64,000 nt of DNA from contig JBHGNT010000014.1 of NCBI GenBank assembly GCA_043228905.1, forward strand, positions 3,224,001 to 3,288,000, given 5' to 3'. The notes beneath the pieces were generated by a model. The model saw only the letters and a list, made by a program, of their open reading frames with translations. It ran no database searches and was not told the DNA's origin. Position 1 is the first letter of the stretch. Each line of letters starts with the position of its first letter. This stretch comes from Azolla caroliniana (taxonomy: Eukaryota; Plantae; Polypodiophyta). Shown one piece after another: positions 36,027 to 46,877 of this stretch. The position numbers were made by a program, and so were the translations under genes.

Positions 36027-38150
36027 ATGGATGGTGAATATCTCATGGAGGCAATGTCAAAAAGGATGATGGAGTTTCTGAGAGAAGGGAAAAGACGAAA
36101 TGAAGCCCAACAAGCCTTCGAGAGGGTAATCGAGCAAGTGAGCTATTTCAACGGCACCAAAGTCCAAAGTTTTCTAAAAGTCTACAATGCGGAGATGGAC
36201 TCAAGAGGTGTGGACGAAGCTATGAGGTTGGAGTTCTTTTGTCGAGTGGTGTCTCAACCGATCTTCAAAGATGTAAAAGAGCTTCTAGAAGCTCATGATT
36301 CGTGGGCGACTATCGAGAAGGCTCTATTGGAGGAATATGGCTATGAGAGACTAAAGGGATGAGATTGACGCAACTTCGACCAATGGGTGACATCGGCGAA
36401 GACCCACCAAGGCGCGACACAAGCATTCGTAGACTTCAAGCATCGTTTTTCTCAACTCTCAGAGCGGGAACAAAGATTGGTGGGGATCGATAAGGTCCTT
36501 ATGTTCGTGAAGTCAATCGATCAAATGGAAAGGATGGCCATCGGCCTCAAACTCGAAGAAGAAGATGGTGCAAATGGCCTCATCGAGGATTGGAGCAAAG
36601 TCGAAAGTGTATGCCGACTACACGATAAGGGGCGAGCGAGAATATCAACGACAACAAGACGGCCCATGAGGGACAATCAAAGAGGGACGAGATGCAGCAA
36701 CGTGCCACCAACAAAAGAAATGAAGCTTAAAATGGAGACAAAACTGAGGCGAATGCTAATCGAGGAAGAAGAGACCTCCCAACAAATGCGGGTTAATGAA
36801 GTGGCCAATTCAAAGGCTCAGGTTCGGTATGACGGTACCAAGAGAGACGGTGTGAAACAAGTCACCTTCTTGTCTTACGAAGAAATGACGTCCTAGGAAA
36901 AGGTCGATGACTCGAGGACGGCGAACGCCACTTCGAGGGAGAATAAATGCTTCGGAACACACATTGTGTACGAAACATCGGGTGATGATGGTGCAAGCAT
37001 GAGAAAAGCTTGCATGATCGAGGGAGATAAAGTGTTTGAGTCCGACGTGATTGAGGAGGTAGCCATGACAAACGACATCGAGTCGGAGGTGGCTATGGAT
37101 GAGTCGATGGCGGATAGTCATGTCGAGACTTTCTCCACACTTGTTCCAGAGACTTCGGTAGTTGCGCCCGTGTGCCAACGTGAGACCGGAGAGACAGAAG
37201 GTGGTGACGGGAAGACAAAGGCCCAATACAAGGAGGAAGAAGATCGAGGACGAAAGGATATCCCCAAACCTATTCTAAAGACTTCGGCGGTTGTGCACAA
37301 GCACCAACGTGAGACCGGAGAGACGGGATGTGTCAACGGAAAAGCGGAGGATCGGAAGGACGATGAGGAAGACAAGGTAACTGTTCATGAACGAAGGGAT
37401 TCCTTCACACCGGTTCCGGAGACTTCAGTAGTCGAGACCATGTGTCGACATAAGACCGAAGATAAAGGAGGTGGCGGAAAGGAGACAATATGGCTCGAGG
37501 CGAGCATACACAGAGGGAAGGATGTGGCCGACGAGGAGGCCAAGGATGAAGCCGCGGTTGAGGTCAATGGAGAGGCGGCATGCGGGAAGGAAGGACGAGT
37601 CGAGAACCGGTCGAACCGGAAGATGATCCGGCCGGGATTCCGACCCGAACGAAGGAAGATCCACATGGGAGCCGATCGACCGGGGCCGACCTGGCCGAAA
37701 CCTGATTCGGCAGAAATTGATCGGACGATCTCAATCCAAAAGGGGGCCAACCTAGCCGGAATCAATCGATCGAGCCCGACTCAGCAAAATGCGAGTGCAG
37801 ACGAAGGCCAACCAAGCCGAGAAGCGATCGGCGAAGACCGATCTGGACAAGGGCAAACCCAGCCTAATCGGAGATCGACACGAACGATCCACAACACCCA
37901 GTTGAAGATAGTGAGCGCGAGGAGTGGCCAGGAGTCCAATCGAAGGACACGTGCAGTGCATGAAGGAAGAGCGGTCGGATCGATGACATCATTTGGTAGA
38001 TCTACTACAACCAACCGGGGAAGAAGGTGTGAGCGCCGGATATGGTGGATCGGCGGGTGGCTACTGTGGTTCGGTTGGAAAGATTGGGCATACTCGAAGT
38101 GGAAGACGAAGTCAAACGAGGTCGACGAGCGTGCGGAGGAACTCGGTTGA
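36027..38150 (+). pseudogene. gag: Capsid-like gag fused to a long acidic/repetitive and then basic extension
   Basis: ORFs starting at 36027, 36387 and 36966 share one frame, broken by TGA/TGA/TAG. N-terminus FNGTKVQSFLKVYNAEM..KVLMFVKSID is homologous to A1 gag. No CMWC knuckle. Confidence 0.7.
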
Positions 38151-38961
38151 TCACCATTGCCAAAGATCTCACCTCTTCATCTTTCTCGGCACATACCAGA
38201 GGATGTGCAGGTTTGGTGGGGGTGGATGTCGTGACGATTTTCGGCTACTGTGTGAAACCAAATGAGACAAATAAACCAAGGATGTGCAACATTGCACATG
38301 CACTTAACAAATAAGCCTAAGGCTTACTGGCACTTGAGTTCATACAGAGGGGTGCAAGCAAGGTTTGAACCTTGCACCTCTAAAATACAAGATGTTTGCC
38401 TTACCACTAGGACAACTATCACATAGTGTTCCTTTTCATATACGAATTATAGACGAAACAACCATAGAAAACCATGTGCACAAAACCATGGTTCTAAACC
38501 CATGGTTTTGTGCATGTCATAAGCAAAACCGTGTCCCCAAAACCATGGTTCTAAACCCATGGTTTTGTGCATGAAGAGAGCTATAAAAACCATAGTGGAG
38601 CTTGTGTAAAGGGGGGTTCAATATGTGATATCAACAACACCACTAACATCAATATAATTATTTTCATCTTTATCTTCTTCATATTTTTCTACTTCTCAAG
38701 TGTACAATCTTTCTTCTTCTCAAGTGAACAAATTTCATCCAATCTTACATTGATCGTCATCTCTTCGATAATTCCGCGAACGTCCTCCCTAGTCCAAGAC
38801 CCCGGTGGTCGCTCGAGTAGCACACGCACGCGCGAATCTTCGCGAAAACGTAGATGCCCCAACCGGACCGATTTGTACTTGTTTTGCTCCGAGAGTTTTC
38901 TTCCTGTGTGGGATATCAAGGCTTCTTGGACTATCACTTCCTCACTCGGCAATAGTCTGCT

Positions 38962-40538
38962 CTAAAAATCCATCTTTGTTTGGGACAAGAGCTCCCTCTT
39001 TTTCCTTTCTGGATTTGCAGGCATAGTTAGGAAAAGACGGATTTCCCTCCACTTTGACTCCGAAGTCGTGCGAAAGCCACACCGCTATCGAGCACCTTCG
39101 TCTCCATCTGTGATGCCGTGATAAAGGGTTGCCCGAGGATCATGGAGTGTGAGACCTCATTTTGCACAAATAAATTTTTGTCTATCTCCACATCTCCAAT
39201 CTTCACCGTCACATCCGAACAAGACGCAAATAGGTGAGCTTGAATGCCGGAATCATCTTTTCTTTTCCCTTCCCTCCGGAGTTCCAGCTTTTCGGTGTCT
39301 TCGATGGTCCGGTCGCACCATCCGTGCGCCGTCTTTTCTCGTCTATATACACTTCATGCAATTGACATAAGGCGTACACGCTATTCTTATCGACGGGGCA
39401 CTCCCATCCCGTAGCTTCACGGATGCCTTCCGCGGTGCTTCAGATCTCATTGGAGTCAATTTTCTCAGGGTTTTCTAGCACATCCGGCCAAAAAGACGCC
39501 TTTGCTCCTGATGACTCACCCACACTTATTCCCACAGTTGTCACATAATTACCTTTCACCACTATTTCCTCCTCTAGGACCTTCTTCATGCCACCTTTCC
39601 GGAAGTTTGGTCGGAGTGGCTTCCGAGAGTCCATCGAATGAATCTGATTTCCCTCATAGTAGATAATATCTCGTCGTAACGCCTCCTTGTGCTCATCGCA
39701 ATCCCTCTGATCATGTTCGGTGCTATCACACCATATACACCGACGGTCCATATACTTGGAACTTGTGGGACGGTCATCAAACTTCATCACCATCACGATT
39801 TTTAGATTCTCCATCTCCTTCAGCAACTGCTCCACCGTGGTTGTGTCGATTCCCATTTCGGTCGTAGTCTCCCGAGCCCGCAGTTGATGGTCTTCCAATC
39901 CGGATCTGGGTTTCGGAATCGGTTCCAAAACCCTCTTTTCTTTGTTAGCAAGCCATTGCCCCCTCTTTGTGTATCGTGCGACGATATTTCGCACATTATC
40001 CCATGTATCGGTGAGGCCACTCTCGGTGGTCGTGTCCTCTAGAAGCACTCCAAGATCTTTCCGATCCCGGACGTCTACGGCTCGTAGGAACATGATCACT
40101 TTGTCCGGTGCGAGGATAGCTTGATCTCTCACGCACAACCTCCCGAACCGACTTTCGAATGCCAAAAACATATTGAGGACCTTCATCCCCTTGTCCGGCG
40201 TTTCCACCCAATCTTCAAATCCTCTCCTCATTGCCTTGGAGGAGTCCTCGATGGCGAACGTGGTCTTTAGGGCCTCTTCAAATGCTTCCCATGTCAGATT
40301 CTATTGTCGTATCCCATGGATACTCCCTTGAAGAACGTCAATCGCCACCCAATTGAAGGATGTCACTTGTAATCCTTCCGAAATTCCGCACCGTAGCATT
40401 TCCGCCTTGTAATCTCGCAAATACCGTGACACATCTTTCCCATTGACTTGCCTGTTCCATTGCACAGCCACTCTACTGCCGCCGCAATCTCCGACATCGC
40501 GCATTGTTCTTGTAGCATCCGCTCGAACATTTCCATCA
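38962..40538 (-). pseudogene. gag: B gag-protease with an internal deletion; ends ATG GAT TTT TAG
   Basis: NGKDVSRYLRDYKAEML, CIWCDSTEHDQRDC, ILGQPFITASQMETKVLD. Confidence 0.85.
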
Positions 40539-41336
40539 TGTTGTTAGCCTCTGGTTGAATTTCTATCTCCTTGCCACCCGGTTTCACATCGGGTTCACCA
40601 CTTATGTCGTTCCTTTCGGCTCCAGATCATTGCGTGAGTCGGGTGGGAACCACTGAGGTTCTGGACTAGGAGAAAGAAGAATATGAGATAAGGCTAGTAA
40701 TGAATAGGCAGAAAGAGAGGTAAGTTATGAATCTTGTGAATCCCACGAGTTTAGTGTATGTAATCAATATTTAGATAGTAAGAGACAATTTAGATGACAA
40801 ATTCGTGAATCCCACGAATATATTATATTGGTCAATCTTTACAAAATAATCAACCCCCCATATACATCTTTCTCTCCTCCTTATATAAGGATGGGAGAGA
40901 CTAAGCATAGCTTCCTACTTTTTCTAAAGTGTTCGTGCACACTAAATGCGCATGAGTTGCTTTTTCCACTATGCTTTTATTTCCTAAATATAGTGCTCAT
41001 GCACGCTAGATGTGCACGAGTATTTTTTTATTGGTTTATATTTTTCTTGTAAATAAAGTATTCACGCACTCTAAAAATGCATGATTTACCTTTTAATAAA
41101 GGTAGGCATAAATAAAAGTCTTATGCCTATTATTAAATCTATATTTATTACAATTATGATAAGTTAATACAATGGTAAAGTTCTGGTTTATTTACATGGA
41201 GGTATAGGGTTTCAATCTTGCCCTATGCATGTAATAAATATTTTAATATTTTCTTTTATTTATATATATGTACTTAAATCGGATATATTATTTTTTACAT
41301 TTTTCACGTAGTGTGTGGACTACACTACAACAGTGT

Positions 41337-42104
41337 GAGCCTTAGTCGATCACCCTCGTCCGATTCTATATCAAAATCTGTTTTGATTCGTTCGGATGGA
41401 GCTTAGTCGACCATGTACTAGGATGTCGATTCATCGAATACGACATCCCTACTCACTCGTACCTTTCTGATAGAGGGATTGAAGCACGTATACCCCTTTT
41501 GTTCGAGCGAGTACCCTACGAGGATACACTTCTCCGATTTTGGATCTAACTTTTTACGCTTTTCATTAGGAATGTGTACAAACGCAATACAGCCGAATAT
41601 CCTTACGTGGGATAGGTCTAGCTTCTTTCCATAGAACTTCTCGTGGGGGGTTACATTATGCATTTTTTATTTTGTGCACCAATTCATTAGATAGATATCC
41701 GTGTTCGCCGCTTCTTCCCAATATGATTTCGGCAAATTTTTCTCATTTATCATTGCCCTTGCCACATCGAGTATATGCAGATTTTTTGTTCGGCTACTCC
41801 ATTTTGTTGAGGTGTGTCAGCAAGTAAACTCTTGTTGGATTCCTTCTTATCGAAGGTATACTATGAAGGCGTCGGACAAGTAGTCTTTGCCACCATCCGA
41901 TCGAAGGCATCGAACATGTCGACCGGTTGCCTTTTCGACTTCGTTTTTGAATTTCTAGAAGTGTGAAAACACTTCACTCTTCTGCTGCATAGAGAATATC
42001 CAGGTGTGCCTGGAGAAGACGTCGATGAACGTCACATAATACCAGCAACCACCTAATGTTGCCATGTGGGCTGGTCCCCACACATCTTAATGTATCACAT
42101 CCAG
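41337..42104 (-). pseudogene. pol: Copia C integrase
   Basis: LDVIH*DVWGP, CLRSDGG, KLDPKSEKCILVGYS, VSRDVVFDE. Confidence 0.88.
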
Positions 42105-42965
42105 GGCGTCATATCGAGTTCGTGTTTAAAAACAGAGTTTTCAACGCGAACTTGATACGCCGTATTGAGTTCGTGTTGAAAAGAGGTTTAGGGTTTACAT
42201 GAACTCGAATTGTACTAAAATATCTGTTTTGACAAGAGTAAAAGATGCATATCGATGTTGTAAAGAATTATGTTGCACAACAAGATACCTTACGATGAAC
42301 TTGTGCTTCCTTGATTAACAAAAAACCATTAATAATTGTGTTGATGGTAATTGAACCTTGCAAATGCCATTTACTTCACAAATTTTGTAGGGGAGCTCTC
42401 AAAATGAAGAAGAGGAGAGCATTGTGGATACCTTGATAAGTATGTGATATGTTCAAATTGATATATTAATGTTTACATCTAAGTTTGGCAGTTTTCACAG
42501 TTTATGAATATCATCTACAGTTTAGGAGTTATGGATTTATCAAAATTGTTTATGAATATTGTATACATTTCTTGAGTTGTGAATTTATGGATGTTAATGA
42601 GCACTAAATTTATAGATGATGGCATTTAGGATTACAATGTTACCTCTTATACTTAAAACATTTTCAAGTCTAACAATAGATATAACTTCCACTTCTAGAA
42701 CCTACATCTTCTCAACATGGTGAAACCATTAATCTTAACTTGTGCATTAAGTTAACCATTGTGATTTTCTTTAAGTTAACTACATTTCATATTTTCAAAC
42801 CATCAACGTTTAAGCATTTATTGAAAAACTATTCAATTTTAAAAATTATCATTTTGAAACTTGTTTGATCTCAAAAAATTAACAAGTTTTACATGTGATA
42901 CTGGTGTATCAAGTTTCTGAAAATCGCCTAAAATCACAAGATTATAAAAGGAATGTATAAGTGAA

Positions 42966-44531
42966 ATGTGTGATCCTTCCACTTGTGAACGCAAACATGT
43001 TCATTGCCGATTTCATCTCGTGAGAATCGAGGATGAACATTCGACCTTCTCTTCGACCGAGAGCGATAATTCGGCCTTCCTTTTCAATGAAGCATCCTCC
43101 ATTGTTGAATCAAATTTGCATGGCTTGTTCCACAATCTGGTGGACCGAGACTAGATTCTTTGTTATTTTTGGAACACGCAAGACGTTCTTGATGTAGGCT
43201 TGGTTGCCATCTTTGTCGAATGGGACATTACCGACATGATGAGTGGGGTGAATTGTGGCATCCCCAGTTACCACATAACCGGGTCAATCGGGCTTTCATA
43301 GCTCTTGGAACCAATCTTCATCAGATGTCATGTGATTGGATGCACCTGAGTCGACAAACCATACATTTTCTAAGTTGGGGTTGCTTGTTGGGCACGATGA
43401 CGTCATCGAAATCACTTTATGCCACATCATGAACATTCCGCCACGATCATCGTAGTCGGAATTTGAGGCGTAGTTAGTAAGTTGTCAGCTTGTGAAGGCC
43501 GACTCACTCTTCTTCTCCTGACAATCTACCTCGTGATGGCCGAATTTACCACAATATCCACATTTTGACGATGTTGTTTTGTCGACTGGGTCTGGCATGA
43601 TTGCCCCCCCCTTCTTCTAGGCGTTCCACCTTGCGTGGACAACAATGTCTTGCCAGTAGTACAAATTGTGTTCACGGGGTTGTTCTTGGTTGTGTTGGCC
43701 TTTGACCGAATCGGCCTCTTCTTCCACAAATTTGTCCCCTTCATCCATCCAAGTTCGAATAGATCATGTGTCCTTGCACATTGCTCCTTGTTCGGACGTG
43801 ATTTTTTTCGACTAGCAACATAGAGTGGAGATCGAAGAAGGGGGGAGGATTCTCCCTCACGAGGACGGCCAACCTTACTGTGCCGAACCAGGGTGCTAGG
43901 CCACTAAGGCATATCTACACCATTTCATCATCATCAATGTTGACATTGATCGACCAAGGGAGTCACACATCTCCTTGATCTTCAAGGTGTAGCTACGGAT
44001 TGACATATCCCTTTGTTGGATATTGTTCAACTCTTGTCGAAGTTGAAGTTTTCGTGCAGTTGTGTTCACCGCGAATATCTTTTTGGGGTTCCCCCATGCC
44101 TCATTTTGCATTTTGGCCTCTCGGAAGTAGCTGAGCATGTGATCATGAACGCATGATGCAAGGCGGTACAACACGCGACTCACTAGTGGCACTTGTTCCC
44201 AAGCTAGGTGGTCAACATGTGTCGGGTTGGTTTGATTTTCTTGTGCTCCTTCAATGTAACTCCAATAGTCTTGGCCGACAAGGTATTAGTGCATCTTGTA
44301 CTCCCAAGATGCAAAGTTATTTTTGTCGAGTTTCTCGGTAAGAAGAGCGCTTCCCATCTGAGTATTCATTATAATCGATTTGTATGCAAAAAAAAATATT
44401 CTTCTTCTTCTCTTTGATACGAACTGTGCAGATTGCTGCTACAATGATCACCGTCGGTTCTTTGTGAACATTGGCATATACACACCACACGTGGACGCAC
44501 TTGGGTTAAGCTACCAATCACTCTAATACCA
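42966..44531 (-). pseudogene. gag: Copia C gag/protease region with PBS-iMet (44521-44531)
   Basis: TTARKLQLRQELNNIQQ; CGYCGKFGH knuckle; WFVDSGA; minus-strand TGGTATTAGAG next to the LTR. Confidence 0.8.
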
Positions 44532-44566
44532 TGTAAAGAATTGGATATGATTCTGTGTAGCGAAAG

Positions 44567-44568
<2 letters not shown>

Positions 44569-44615
<47 letters not shown>

Positions 44616-44617
44616 CT

Positions 44618-44662
<45 letters not shown>
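44569..44662. repeat. Compound microsatellite (GT)n(GC)n(GA)n
   Basis: Seen directly in the sequence. Confidence 0.95.
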
Positions 44663-44666
<4 letters not shown>

Positions 44667-45624
44667 ATTGTTGTCTTCGGAGGTCAAATATGACCTATGA
44701 GACCAAAAATATTACATTTCACGTTATACGTGTAAAAGTGAGTAGTGACTCTCGATGTTCAAGAACTTTACCAATCAATGTTGCAATCAAGAGTGCACAT
44801 TGTGGTTGTGAGAGGAATTCATGCAAGGATTGGGCTCGGTCGAAGAGATGTGGAAAGCATGGTCGAATATGATCAAAGGCAGAGCATTGTATCAAAGTGT
44901 GATACTCAGACTCGCGAACTTGTTTAAGGCAAAGTGTGCATAGCCGACCACTCTCATCACTTGTACCCCAACGCCCTATCTCACATCGCAATGCATGTGA
45001 GCTAAGTCGCATGGAAGCAATGGTTCGAATGGCAGATAACGGTATAGGCTCTAACATGTATCGATGTGTACGATTTCCCCGTTCCACAAAGAATATGGTT
45101 TTGTAGTTAGGTACAACATGTGTATAATGTGTGAAGCATGAGCCTCCACATTTGTCTCATGTCATGATACATTGGCGTTGCAAAAAGGCCTCATTTACAA
45201 AGGAATTTAATGATGCATTATGAAGAAAGTGTCTCGCATCCCATCTACCAAACCATTTTTCTATATCTTGCATCCAATCGGAGCACAAAATTTTGCTTTT
45301 ATACATCTTTTGGATCTTTTTGCTTGCTTCCTATGTAATTCTAGGAAGTCGATGTGAGGGATTTTTTTGAAACTTAAGCATGTATTCAATAACCCTTTCC
45401 ATGGCCATGATCTCAATGGGAAGCGATCACGTGCCAAGGAGGAGGGTGTAGGGCGTTTGTTTCTTAACTTGTAGAAACTTTGTAAGAAAATGTTTTTGGA
45501 CATTTTCAAACTCTTTCCACATAGATTTAGGGATGTTACCGCCCCATACTTCCACCCCATAGAGAAGAACCGGTGTCACCAAAGTGTCGAAAAGATATTT
45601 CTTGAGGACCCAACACTTAATATC

Positions 45625-45628
<4 letters not shown>
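44663..45628 (-). mobile_element. 5'-truncated non-LTR retrotransposon, RTEX-like, ORF2 C-terminus
   Basis: LFDTLVTPVLLYGVEVWG and RLSSHALRCEIGRW..CTLC..ESEYHTLIQC. Flanked on both sides by (GA)n. Confidence 0.78.
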
Positions 45629-45671
<43 letters not shown>

Positions 45672-45854
45672 GAGTTATACAAGAAACCAGAAAATTGTAT
45701 TAACAAGAGAATAAGATCACCACTTGGAAAGGAGGTGGAGACTTAACTACTTACTAAATATGTGTCATAGAATTTAAAGCTCTATGACACACTAGTTACT
45801 ATACTAGGAGGTGTGGTGTTCACACACTTGAGTATACTAAAGTGTATTCCCACA

Positions 45855-46877
45855 TTAGGGAAGTGACCTTGGCGCATTAAGCTCCTAAAGGAATGCACAA
45901 CCACCCGATTTACAAGGGCAGCTAACATTTTGCATCTTTCTTTTATTTCAATGTTCTTTGAAGTTGCTTGCACACACAAGTTTGTTTCATGTGCACAATA
46001 ATACAAGGAAGCCATAAAGGGATTATATGAATTCAATCTAGTAGTGACACTTGTAGATATACCAACCATAACAGATGCTCCATCACTTCTAGATCCCATC
46101 ATCTTTCTAACATCCAAGTTTCACTTTTTTAACAATGTCAAAATGCATTTTGTTTTTGTATTTGGCATACCATCCTCAACTTCAAGTACCCCCAAATAAG
46201 AGGTTCTTACTTGCATTTCTTCCACGAAGGTAATATAAAGGATCAAGTTCTTGGTTACAGTTACATCAGTGGATTCATCTACCATAAGCCCAAACCAAGG
46301 ACTTTTCCTTAATGCCTTTCACGACACTCTCTTAATAATCTTAAGAGGCTTTCAAGTTTCTAAAATACTAGATCCTCTTTTTCTATATAATATGCACATT
46401 TAAACAATTTTTCAATTGCTAAATCTATACTAACTTGTTTTTGTGAAGCATATTTTTTGACACCATTTTTATCTCGTTCTTGCAACATAATTGCATCTCA
46501 ATAGACCAAGCTTCTTACATGTTCTTCTAATGCAGAAGTCTTAAAATTGTTGGCTCTTGTCTTACCAAATGAAGACTTGCAACGAGGATCGCTCCTACAA
46601 TAACAACACCATAAAAGACCGAATAATTTCCAAATCCTCTAAAAGCCACTTAAATTTACTAGGGCAAGCCTCTTGAAATTTTTGCTTGTTCTTGCTAACT
46701 TTCTTCACTGTGTGAATTCTTGAGAGTGGTCTTTGAACCCAAAATCAATATCATGGTCTTCTAAAGCTCTTTTAAAAATACATTTTCATTGGAAGATGGC
46801 AAATTTCTTCTAAAATCAAGCATTGTAAAAAGGTTTGCTTGTTTTCCTTTGCCTTCCCAATTCTTGATGTGGGTCAT
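45855..46877 (-). mobile_element. Decayed hAT transposase (ZNF862/DUF4371-like) N-terminal half
   Basis: WCCYC..NNFKTSALEEH zinc finger; FGLMVDESTDVT; SDGASVMVG; CAHETNL. Confidence 0.82.

Larger units (their letters stand above)
35419..38847 (+). mobile_element. Non-autonomous gag-only (TR-GAG-like) LTR element, TSD ACGT
   Basis: LTRs 35419-35982 and 38227-38847, PBS-Trp 35988-36004, PPT GGTGGGGGTGGA. ACGT at 35415-35418 and 38848-38851. No PR, RT, RH or INT motifs. Confidence 0.92.
25705..41332 (-). mobile_element. Ty3/gypsy B (Trp-primed), RT-RH deleted, two nested insertions
   Basis: 5' LTR 40605-41332, PBS 40584-40600, PPT 26372-26383 (GGAGGGGGCGAG), 3' LTR 25705-26371. Flanks GCAT/GTGT. 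Host frame RLRLT|LEEIP is restored on removal. Confidence 0.9.
44532..45854 (-). mobile_element. Copia C 5' LTR, interrupted by a LINE within its microsatellite
   Basis: Minus strand runs TGTGGGAATAC (45854) to ...CTTTACA (44532), abutting the PBS. The outer boundary coincides with the break in the hAT reading frame. Confidence 0.65.
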
